Below, piece after piece: positions 30,016 to 38,607 of a DNA stretch of 64,000 bases (the stretch's first letter is position 1; each line of letters opens with the position of its first letter). Source of the DNA: Candidatus Latescibacterota bacterium (lineage in GTDB: Bacteria; Latescibacterota; UBA2968; GCA-2709665); NCBI GenBank assembly GCA_965219995.1, contig CBDCOX010000002.1:4480001-4544000 (forward strand). Reading direction: 5' to 3'. Under the pieces are notes generated by a model, which worked only from the letters and a program-made list of their open reading frames with translations, had not been told where the DNA came from and ran no database searches. The position numbers and the translations under genes are program-made.

Positions 30016-32808
30016 ATGTTACGAATCGCGATCATGCTGTTGTCTGCCGTAATGGTGCTTTCACTCTCCGCCGAGGAGATGGGAGTTGTTCAGGGGCTGA
30101 TTGTCGACGGCGAAACAGGCGAGCCGCTGATTGGGGCCAACCTGATCGTCTACGACACCGGGGGCCGGCCGGCCTTCGGCACGACGACCGACCTGGACGG
30201 GAGGTTCAGCCTCAGACTGCCGTCCGGCAGGCACAGCATCGAGATTTCCTATGTGTCCTACGCGACGAAAACGGTTACCGGCGTCGAGGTAGAAACCAAC
30301 GGGACTTTCCAACTCAGCGAAGCACTTTCGCCGGAAGCAATCGAAGTCGAAGCGATTACGGTCACGGCCAGACCCGAGCGCTCCAGCGAAGTCTCGATGC
30401 TGGTTATCCAGCAGAAGGCTGGCGTGGTTACGGACGGCATCAGTTCGGAACTGATGAGCAAGGCTTCATCTTCGGACGCCGGGGATGCGCTCAAAAGGGT
30501 GACCGGAATTACCGTGGTGGGCGGGCGCTACGTTTACGTTCGCGGCCTGGGAGAGCGCTACAGCAATACACAGGTCAACGGCGCGCAGATGCCCAGCCCC
30601 GAGCCGAACCGCCGCGTGGTTCCGATGGATATTTTCCCGGCGGGACTCCTGGAGAATATCCAGGTGGCCAAGACCTTCTCTCCCGACCAGCCGGGCGATT
30701 TCTCGGGCGGATCGGTCCAGATCAGAACGAAGGATTTTCCGGACCAACTGACGCTCTCACTCTCGGCCTCCACCAGCTTTCATTCACAGACCAGCTTTGA
30801 AGATATCCAGAGCTACACGGGCGGTTCGTGGGACTTCCTGGGCGTTGACGACGGTGGGCGGGACCTGCCCGAACTGGTAAAAACACAGGCGGCGGAACAG
30901 GCCGTTCGCAAGCGCGGGCGCTTTTCCACGTCGGGTTTTACCGCTGAGGAAATTCAGACCCTCGGCCGGTCGTTCAACAATGTCTGGTCGCCGGAAACCC
31001 GGACGGCCCCTTTGAACCAGAGCTACAGCTTCAGCGTCGGTAACGCCCTTTCTTCCGAAAACAGGGAACTGGGCTTCGTGCTGTCCCTGACGTACGACAA
31101 CAGCTACAGGAACGGGAGTCAGGAATGGAACAGCTACCGGCTTACGGCCAAAGACGGCCGGGAATTCCTCTCCCCATTCACCAGTTACACGGTCAGCGGC
31201 ACCACCAATAACGTGCTGTTGGGGGCTCTCTTCAACAGCAGCTTCCGTTTCTCGCCGCTTCACAAGATCAGCCTGAAGACAATCTACAACCGCAACACCG
31301 ACGACGAAGCCCGCGGCTATACCGGGTTCAACTCCGACCGCGGCACCGACCTTCGCAACCTCAGGCTTCGCTTCGTGGAGCGCGGCGTATTTACGGGGCA
31401 GCTTGGCGGAGAACACCACATCGATCCCCTGTTCAAATCGAACCTGAACTGGCAGATCGGCTATGCCGAAGCCACGCGAGACGAACCGGACAACCGCGAA
31501 GTCGTTTACGAAATGCGGAATCAGCGATGGACTTTTTTCGACATCACCCAGAGCGGAAGCCGGTTCTATTTCGATCTTGCCGACAGGGAGTGGAGCGGAA
31601 AGCTTGACTGGACGGCGCCTATCCAGTCTCCCGCCGGCCTGCCCGCCAAATTCAAGCTCGGGGGTGTATGGCGAAAGAAAGACCGCACCTTCGACGCCCG
31701 GCGCTTCCGCTTCGAACAGTCCAGCGGCATTCAACGTCACGTGGACCTGACGGCCGACCCGGAAATCATCTTCGCCGAGGAAAATATCGCGCCCGGGCGC
31801 TTCGAACTCAGGGAAACCACCCGCGCCAACGACAACTACTCGGCCAGACAGGATCTCTCGGCGGGTTATATGATGGTGGACATGCCCGTCGCGGCTTCGT
31901 GGCGCCTGGTGACCGGGGTCAGGGTCGAATCGTCCAGACAGGAACTGAGATCATTCGACCCCTTCGCGCTCAATACCGAGCCCATCGTCGTCGTACTGGA
32001 CAATACCGACATCCTGCCGGGAATCAATCTCGTGCGGAAGCTTTCCGACCGGTCCAATCTGAGGGCAGCCTATTCCCGCACCCTGGCGCGTCCCGATTTC
32101 CGGGAACTGGCTCCCTTCGAATTTACCGACTTTGTAGGCGGCCGGGCGGTCGTGGGGGACACGTCGCTGACCCGTACCGTTGTCGACAACTACGATCTCC
32201 GCTGGGAGAACTTCCCCAGACTGGGGGAGTTGGCGGCCTTCAGCGTTTTCTACAAGAAATTCCACGATCCCATCGAGCAGATCATCCAGCCCACCGCCCA
32301 ACTCCGGGTCAGTTACGCAAATGCGGCGTCTGCCAGCAACTACGGCGTCGAATTCGAGTACCGGCGCAGGCTGGACGCCCTCGTTCCCGACCTTGAGAAA
32401 TTCTCGGTAAGCGCAAACGTCACATTGGTCAGATCCAAGGTTGAAATCCACCCCGCCAGCGGGGTGCAGACCTCTTCCGAGCGGGCGCTGCAGGGCCAGT
32501 CGCCATTCGTGGTGAACCTGATGCTCGGGTACGACAATAATGAAGCGGGCACGTCGGCGAATCTGCTTTACAACGTTGTCGGACGGCGAATCAGCGAAGT
32601 AGGGGCCCAGAGACTGCCGGACGTCTTCGAACAGCCCCGCCACCAGGTCGATTTTACGTTCAAGCAGAGAATAACGCCGGTTGTGAGGCTCAATCTTTCC
32701 GCGAAAAACCTGCTCGACTCGACCGTCCTCTACAAGCAGCAGGAGGAAGTTTTCACACGGTACAAAAGAGGTCGGTCCATCTCCCTCGGAATCGGCTACG
32801 AACTCTAG
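30016..32808 (+). CDS. TonB-dependent receptor (carboxypeptidase-like N-domain), Pho-regulated candidate
   Basis: Signal peptide MLRIAIMLL, plug YVRGLGERYS...PSPEPNRRVVPMDIFP, RPDFRELAPF, barrel C-terminus GIGYEL. Confidence 0.92.
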   Translation: MLRIAIMLLSAVMVLSLSAEEMGVVQGLIVDGETGEPLIGANLIVYDTGGRPAFGTTTDLDGRFSLRLPSGRHSIEISYVSYATKTVTGVEVETNGTFQLSEALSPEAIEVEAITVTARPERSSEVSMLVIQQKAGVVTDGISSELMSKASSSDAGDALKRVTGITVVGGRYVYVRGLGERYSNTQVNGAQMPSPEPNRRVVPMDIFPAGLLENIQVAKTFSPDQPGDFSGGSVQIRTKDFPDQLTLSLSASTSFHSQTSFEDIQSYTGGSWDFLGVDDGGRDLPELVKTQAAEQAVRKRGRFSTSGFTAEEIQTLGRSFNNVWSPETRTAPLNQSYSFSVGNALSSENRELGFVLSLTYDNSYRNGSQEWNSYRLTAKDGREFLSPFTSYTVSGTTNNVLLGALFNSSFRFSPLHKISLKTIYNRNTDDEARGYTGFNSDRGTDLRNLRLRFVERGVFTGQLGGEHHIDPLFKSNLNWQIGYAEATRDEPDNREVVYEMRNQRWTFFDITQSGSRFYFDLADREWSGKLDWTAPIQSPAGLPAKFKLGGVWRKKDRTFDARRFRFEQSSGIQRHVDLTADPEIIFAEENIAPGRFELRETTRANDNYSARQDLSAGYMMVDMPVAASWRLVTGVRVESSRQELRSFDPFALNTEPIVVVLDNTDILPGINLVRKLSDRSNLRAAYSRTLARPDFRELAPFEFTDFVGGRAVVGDTSLTRTVVDNYDLRWENFPRLGELAAFSVFYKKFHDPIEQIIQPTAQLRVSYANAASASNYGVEFEYRRRLDALVPDLEKFSVSANVTLVRSKVEIHPASGVQTSSERALQGQSPFVVNLMLGYDNNEAGTSANLLYNVVGRRISEVGAQRLPDVFEQPRHQVDFTFKQRITPVVRLNLSAKNLLDSTVLYKQQEEVFTRYKRGRSISLGIGYEL

Positions 32809-32906
32809 AGGCCGCCCGCCGAGGGGCGGGCTGACTGGCGTTCCATCCATCGCATTCACAGGGGATAGTCCCCAAGAGTAAACCTCAATCACCAAGGAGT
32901 CGCGCT

Positions 32907-34394
32907 GTGAAGTTGACAACACGTTTTGCACTTTTCGTCGTCCTGACGCTGGGTTTTCCCGCCTTGCTTCAGGCGCAGACCATCTCCCCCGCCCGGGTCG
33001 ATTTCGACGGCGACGGCACGGTCGGGTTCGGAGATTTCGTTCTGTTCAGTCAGAACTTCCAATCAGACCATCCGATGTACGATCTGGGCGGTGACGGCGC
33101 GGTGGGTTTTCCCGATTTCGTCGCATTCGCGAGCGCTTTCGGTCAGACCGTCGCCCGGATGGAACGACCGGGAATGGTCTCGGGCAATATCACCTCGGAC
33201 GAGGTATGGACGTCGGACCGCGACTATCTGCTGTCCGGTCCGGTCTTCGTCCGGGACGGCGCCACGCTCATTGTCATGCCCGGCACGACGATCTATGGCG
33301 AGGGGGCAACCAACGGCACGCTGATCGTCGCGCAGGGCGGCAAACTCATCGCTGACGGAATCGCTCGAAACCCGATTGTGTTCACGAGCGATCAGTTCGA
33401 GGGCGAACGAGACAGGGGGCAGTGGGGCGGTCTGATTATCAACGGCCGTGCGCCGGTCAATACCGGTTTGCCCGCATACGGCGAGGGCGACACGGGTGAA
33501 TACGGCGGCACGGACCCGAAGGACAGCAGCGGCATCCTGCGGTACGTTCGCGTGGAGTTCGCGGGCATCGAGTTTTCTCCGGACAATGAGTTGAACGGCA
33601 TCGCGTTCCAGGGGGTGGGCTCCGGCACTGTGGTGGACTATGTGCAGGTGCACTTCAACCAGGACGACGGCATCGAGTTCTTCGGCGGGACGGTGAATGC
33701 GAAGCACCTGTATTGTACGGGGATCCGGGACGACTCGTTCGACTGGACGGACGGCTGGACGGGCAAGGGACAGTTCTGGGTGGCGCAGCAGCGCGGCGAC
33801 GACGCGGACAACGGGTTCGAAGCCGACAACAACGGCGACGACAACGAGGCCACACCGCGTTCGAACCCGACGATCTACAACGTGACGCTGGTAGGGGATC
33901 CGGACGGACCGGAAAGCGACACGGGTCTGCTGCTACGCGAGGGCACGGCGGCGACCCTGCGGAACTTCATCGTGATCGGGTTCAATGCGGGCGGCCTGGA
34001 CGTCGATACGGAATCCTCGATTACACTGGCAAACAACGGTGAATTGTCGGTTGGGAACTCGATTTTCTACAACAACGCGACGGATATGGACGAGCAGGGC
34101 ATGCGCACGATGGGCAATTTCAACACGGACGGCGACGGGATCGACGAGGGGACGTGGGCGATGATGTCGGGCTTCGACAACTCGGAGGCGGACCCGGATC
34201 TGCGGTCGCCGTATAGCCAGCGTTCGCCCAATTATCAGCCGTCTTCCTCTTCGCCGGCGGTGAACGGGGCGGTGCCCGTCGCGAGTCCGCCTTCGGACGG
34301 GTTCTTCGAAGCCGTGGACTTTATCGGCGCGATGAGCGCGGACGACGACTGGCTTGCCGGGTGGACCACCAGCGAACAACCCGCGGGAGAGTAG
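32907..34394 (+). CDS. Secreted protein: EF-hand/dockerin-like pair + parallel beta-helix (pectin-lyase-like) domain
   Basis: Signal peptide; DFDGDGTVGFGDF / DLGGDGAVGFPDF; GQWGGL, YVRVEFAG, DDGIEFFGG, DDSFDW acidic beta-helix motifs; AAGGAG RBS. Confidence 0.82.
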   Translation: MKLTTRFALFVVLTLGFPALLQAQTISPARVDFDGDGTVGFGDFVLFSQNFQSDHPMYDLGGDGAVGFPDFVAFASAFGQTVARMERPGMVSGNITSDEVWTSDRDYLLSGPVFVRDGATLIVMPGTTIYGEGATNGTLIVAQGGKLIADGIARNPIVFTSDQFEGERDRGQWGGLIINGRAPVNTGLPAYGEGDTGEYGGTDPKDSSGILRYVRVEFAGIEFSPDNELNGIAFQGVGSGTVVDYVQVHFNQDDGIEFFGGTVNAKHLYCTGIRDDSFDWTDGWTGKGQFWVAQQRGDDADNGFEADNNGDDNEATPRSNPTIYNVTLVGDPDGPESDTGLLLREGTAATLRNFIVIGFNAGGLDVDTESSITLANNGELSVGNSIFYNNATDMDEQGMRTMGNFNTDGDGIDEGTWAMMSGFDNSEADPDLRSPYSQRSPNYQPSSSSPAVNGAVPVASPPSDGFFEAVDFIGAMSADDDWLAGWTTSEQPAGE

Positions 34395-34467
34395 ACACGA
34401 CTCTCCGGGCGGAAAGTTGAAAAAAGGGGGAGGAAACCTCGCTCCCATCTCGCTCCCCTCCCCCTTT

Positions 34468-34550
34468 GAAGCTGTCTTGAAAACCCGGCGGTTGTCGCTC
34501 GGATCCAAGAGCGCCGGCCGGGAACGCACCAGGGATTTTGAGACAGCTTC
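34468..34550. repeat. MITE-like element with imperfect terminal inverted repeats
   Basis: GAAGCTGTCTTGAAAACCC ... GGGATTTTGAGACAGCTTC, 83 bp, intergenic. Confidence 0.6.
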
Positions 34551-34700
34551 CAGGAGACCGGACGGGCTCGAACGAAGCGTGACCGCTTCAGCGCCTGTTC
34601 GGTCTTTCTTGTCTTTTTTACCGGTTCAACGTATTATTCAGTTGGAGTTGCGATGTTTTTTTTCAATGGAGAAAGAAACGGCCGTCGAAGCTTTTTCTCA

Positions 34701-35171
34701 ATGACGAAGCGGATTTTCCGGGGCGCGCTCGCCGTCCTGCTGGCATCGGGTTGCGTCGACAGCAATGGGGATACGGACTCGCCGGAGGGGCTCGCACGCG
34801 CGGTCGTCGCCGCCCTCAACAAGGAAGACATCGCGGCGCTTCATGGCCTCCGGGTCCACAGGGAAGAATACCTCAAGAACATCCTGCCGGCATTTCCACC
34901 CATCAATTTCTCGCCGGAGTTCGCCTGGAACAACCTGAACAAGAGATCCATCATCGGCGTGAACAAATGGATCAGACGATACGGCGGAGAGAGTCTGAGT
35001 TTTGCCGGCATCCGCTTCGAGAAGCCGGAGGAACCCTATAAGGGACTGAAACTTCTGCGTGGAACCGTGTTGAGCGTGCGAACCCAGAGGGGCAAACACG
35101 TGGATCTGCGCATCCTCGGATCGGTGGTTCTCAGAGATGGCCGGTACAGGCTTCTGAGCTATGACGACTGA
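34701..35171 (+). CDS. Hypothetical lipoprotein
   Basis: Lipobox LLASGC after a basic/hydrophobic signal; overlaps the next gene. Confidence 0.75.
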   Translation: MTKRIFRGALAVLLASGCVDSNGDTDSPEGLARAVVAALNKEDIAALHGLRVHREEYLKNILPAFPPINFSPEFAWNNLNKRSIIGVNKWIRRYGGESLSFAGIRFEKPEEPYKGLKLLRGTVLSVRTQRGKHVDLRILGSVVLRDGRYRLLSYDD

Positions 35172-36153
35172 ACGAAATGCCTTCAGGGAAGCGCGAAACA
35201 GGCTGATGTCTCTGGGCATCGGCCTTCTGTTTATGGGGCATGTTTTCCCGCTCTGTGCGGCGGACTATGCCTCGGTGCGGACCCATGAGGGAAACAGCGC
35301 GCTTCCGGTTTCCCTAACCACGCTCGAACGTGAGCTTCTTGAGGACGTCCGCGACGGGCGCCTGGACCGGTTCGACCTGATCGAAGCCGGCCTGATCGCA
35401 TCGGGGGCCACCGACCCCGTTCTTCTCTCCCGGTACAAGCGGCGCTTCAGCCACCTTCAACAGCACGCCCTGCTTTCCATTCCCTATCTCATGCACACCG
35501 AACAGATGGCCGCCGAGTTGTTTCACTATCTTCACCGATACGTCCTCAGGCAGTTCGATACCCGTCCGGTCACCGTGATCAACCTGCTGTCCGACGGCCG
35601 CTACAACTGCATTACGGCCTCGTGGCTGTACATCGCGCTGGCGCAACGGTACGACCTGCCCGCAACGGTGATCAAGACCCCGATGCATGCGTACGTGCGA
35701 CTGGAAACCCGTCCGCCCATTCCCATCGAAATGACCGTGCCCGTTGGCGGCGTCGACCACGCGCAGACCCGTGAGCAGGTCATTCAGACCCTTCTGGATG
35801 CGGGGCTGGTCGATCCATCGCAGATTGAATCACACGGGGCCGACGATCTTTTTCTCGAATACCAGCGTCACCAGTTTCCGCTGGAACCGGTCCAGATCCT
35901 TTCCGTACTTTTCTACAACAGCGCGCTGCACGCGTTCGAACGGGGCGACCCGCACCTGGCGTTCCGAAATGCCCTCGGAGCTCAGCTTTCTCATCCGGAA
36001 GACAGACAATATCAACAGCTTACATTCGATATGGGTCTGGCCTACGCCACCTTTCTCCGTCAGCGGGGCGACCACGACGGCGAGAGCGGAATCGTCACCT
36101 ATCTTCGCGGTATGAAGCAGCTGTTCGCGTCGAACGTTCCCGTCGGGTTCTGA
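35161..36153 (+). CDS. Transglutaminase-like cysteine hydrolase fold with C-terminal helical (TPR-like) region
   Basis: GRYNCITAS (Cys), PMHAYVRL (His), IEMT (acidic) triad-like spacing. Confidence 0.65.
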   Translation: MTTERNAFREARNRLMSLGIGLLFMGHVFPLCAADYASVRTHEGNSALPVSLTTLERELLEDVRDGRLDRFDLIEAGLIASGATDPVLLSRYKRRFSHLQQHALLSIPYLMHTEQMAAELFHYLHRYVLRQFDTRPVTVINLLSDGRYNCITASWLYIALAQRYDLPATVIKTPMHAYVRLETRPPIPIEMTVPVGGVDHAQTREQVIQTLLDAGLVDPSQIESHGADDLFLEYQRHQFPLEPVQILSVLFYNSALHAFERGDPHLAFRNALGAQLSHPEDRQYQQLTFDMGLAYATFLRQRGDHDGESGIVTYLRGMKQLFASNVPVGF

Positions 36154-36166
36154 TGGACATCATGCG

Positions 36167-37702
36167 ATGAAAAGCAAGGTATCCGCACTGCGTCTTCCCG
36201 CATCGGTCGACCCAATCAACGTATGGGGGAACGCCGTCGGTTCCCATACCTGCGTACCGACAGACGATACCGTGCACAATCAGACGTTCCTCGACACGTT
36301 CGATTGGCGCCTGTTCAATAGAAACCTGGTGCTGATGAAGGAACAGGAACGCTACCTTCTCTACAGCCTGCCGGACCGTGAAACCGTCGCGTCGCTCGGC
36401 ATGCCGCGCGGGTCCGAACCGGTGTTCAGCACGGATTTTCCCGAGGGACCCCTGAAGAAGGTCCTGCATGCACACGTGAGCGTACGGGCGCTGTTGCCCC
36501 TCGCGCGCGCCACGACGCGCCGGCAGACCTTGCGTGTACGCAACAGCAACGAAAAAACCGTCCTGATCGCAACGATTGAACAAGCGCGGTTGACCGACGC
36601 CGTGCGAGACGGACAACCGATCAACACCGTCGTGCTGCGGTCGATCCGGGGATATGAGAAGCATCTGCGTAGACTAAACCGTTCGCTGCTGGACGCTGGC
36701 GCCCAACCTCAGACCGAAGACCTGTTCCACGCCGCCATGCGGGCATCCGGGAGGGAACCGGGAGGCTACACCTCAAAGCTCAACGTCGTTCTGGAACCCA
36801 ACCTTACCGGCGCGGAGGCCGTCAAGCGGATTCTGGAGCACCTGTTCAGAACGATCAGGTGTAATGAAGCGGGCATAAAGGATGACGTCGATACGGAGTT
36901 TCTGCACGATTTCAGGGTGGGAATCCGGCGGACGCGTTCAGCCCTCAGCCAGATCAAATCCGTACTTCCCGATGGTCGGGTTGCCCGTTTCCGGAAGGAC
37001 TTTTCCTATCTCGGAAAACTCACCAACCGACTGCGCGACCTGGACGTCGCCCTGTTGAAGCGGGACGCGTACCGGTCTCTCCTGCCAGGATATCTGCGGC
37101 CTCGACTGGACCCCCTCTTCGAATCGCTCCGGGCGGAACGTACGGGCGAACACCGGCGTCTCGCCGCCGCCCTGGACGGCGACAGGTACCTGAAATTCGC
37201 CGCGGACTGGGAGGCGTTTCTGAAATGCCCGCCGGAGTTCCCATCGCCGAGCAATGCCGAAGCGCCGGCGGTCGGCCTGGCGCGGAGATTCATTGGCAAG
37301 AGATACGGCCGCGTGATCGAATTGGGGACCGCAATCGACGCGCCCACACCCGACGCTGAACTGCACCGGCTTCGGATCGAGTGCAAGAAATTGCGCTATC
37401 TCCTGGAGTTTTTCTCGTCGCTTTACCCAACTCAAGAAGTCCGGCTGATTGTCGAGCGCCTCAAGAGCCTGCAGGACAATCTGGGTGACTTCAACGACCT
37501 CTCCGTCCAGCAGGCCGACCTGAAGTCGTACCTGAAAGCGTTGCCCGCGGAGGGGACTCACCCGGAAACCTTTGCCGCCGTCGGCGGTCTGATCGGATGC
37601 CTGTACCGCGAGCAGCAGACCGTCCGCGCGGCCTATTCGAAGACATTTATGCGGTTCAATCAGGCGGAGGTCGCCGCCACCCTCCGACGCCTGTTCGCCT
37701 GA
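36167..37702 (+). CDS. CHAD-domain polyphosphate-binding protein with degenerate CYTH-like N-terminus
   Basis: EFLHDFRVGIRRTRS, RLRDLDV, ELHRLRIECKKLRY, LQDNLGDFND CHAD motifs; N-terminal FLDTFDWRL. Confidence 0.92.
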   Translation: MKSKVSALRLPASVDPINVWGNAVGSHTCVPTDDTVHNQTFLDTFDWRLFNRNLVLMKEQERYLLYSLPDRETVASLGMPRGSEPVFSTDFPEGPLKKVLHAHVSVRALLPLARATTRRQTLRVRNSNEKTVLIATIEQARLTDAVRDGQPINTVVLRSIRGYEKHLRRLNRSLLDAGAQPQTEDLFHAAMRASGREPGGYTSKLNVVLEPNLTGAEAVKRILEHLFRTIRCNEAGIKDDVDTEFLHDFRVGIRRTRSALSQIKSVLPDGRVARFRKDFSYLGKLTNRLRDLDVALLKRDAYRSLLPGYLRPRLDPLFESLRAERTGEHRRLAAALDGDRYLKFAADWEAFLKCPPEFPSPSNAEAPAVGLARRFIGKRYGRVIELGTAIDAPTPDAELHRLRIECKKLRYLLEFFSSLYPTQEVRLIVERLKSLQDNLGDFNDLSVQQADLKSYLKALPAEGTHPETFAAVGGLIGCLYREQQTVRAAYSKTFMRFNQAEVAATLRRLFA

Positions 37703-37720
37703 AGACGGAAAGCACATTCC

Positions 37721-38470
37721 ATGGCTACAGTGGCCCTGTACAACATCAAGGGCGGGGTGGGGAAGACCGCCGCCGCGGTGAATCTGGCCTACCTCGCCGC
37801 GCGCGACGGCGCGCAGACCATTCTGTTCGATCTGGACCCGCAGGGATCGGCAGCATTCTACTTTCGCATCAAACCCTCAAGGAAACTTCCGGGTCGAAAA
37901 TTTCTGCGAGGAGGGCGCAGGGTAGAGAAGCGCATCCGAGGGACCGACTACGAAAATCTGGACCTGCTGCCGTCCAACCTGTCGTTCCGAAACCTGGACA
38001 CGACGCTGAGTAAACTGAAGGCCTCCTCAAAACGGCTCCATCGCATTCTGAAACCGTACCGCAAGACATACGACTTCATCTTTCTCGACTGTCCGCCTGG
38101 CATAGGCCTGGTATCGGAAAATATGCTCTTTGCCTCCGACGTCGTTCTGGTTCCCTGTATACCGACGACGTTGTCCATGCGTACCTGTGACCAGCTGGTA
38201 CGTTTCTTCGATTCCAGAGGCCGGGACGTCTCCCGGATCTACCCGTTCTTCGCGATGGTGGAGAAACGGAAACGCATGCACAGCGAAATTCTGGCGACCG
38301 GCGGAGACCCCGAACAGCGGTTTCTGAAGACCCGGATTCCCTACGCGTCGGAAGTCGAGAAAATGGGTATCCACCGGGAACCGGTCCCATGTTTCGCGCC
38401 CGGTTCGCCCGCCGCAGACGCGTATCAGAACCTTTGGGATGAACTCAAGGGGATCGTGCCGAGACGCTGA
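37721..38470 (+). CDS. ParA/MinD-family ATPase (orphan, no parB)
   Basis: Deviant Walker A KGGVGKT, DLDPQG, LDCPPG; many Lys/Arg residues. Confidence 0.93.
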   Translation: MATVALYNIKGGVGKTAAAVNLAYLAARDGAQTILFDLDPQGSAAFYFRIKPSRKLPGRKFLRGGRRVEKRIRGTDYENLDLLPSNLSFRNLDTTLSKLKASSKRLHRILKPYRKTYDFIFLDCPPGIGLVSENMLFASDVVLVPCIPTTLSMRTCDQLVRFFDSRGRDVSRIYPFFAMVEKRKRMHSEILATGGDPEQRFLKTRIPYASEVEKMGIHREPVPCFAPGSPAADAYQNLWDELKGIVPRR

Positions 38471-38607
38471 CGGGCGACGACTCTGTCCGTCAAATCCCCG
38501 TACCGTAATGACTTGCGAGCCTGAAACCGATTGACTGAGGCATTGCTGTGGATTATCTTGGCGCTGTATAGACCTCGATCACGCGGGTACACCACGAGAA
38601 GTGCGGC

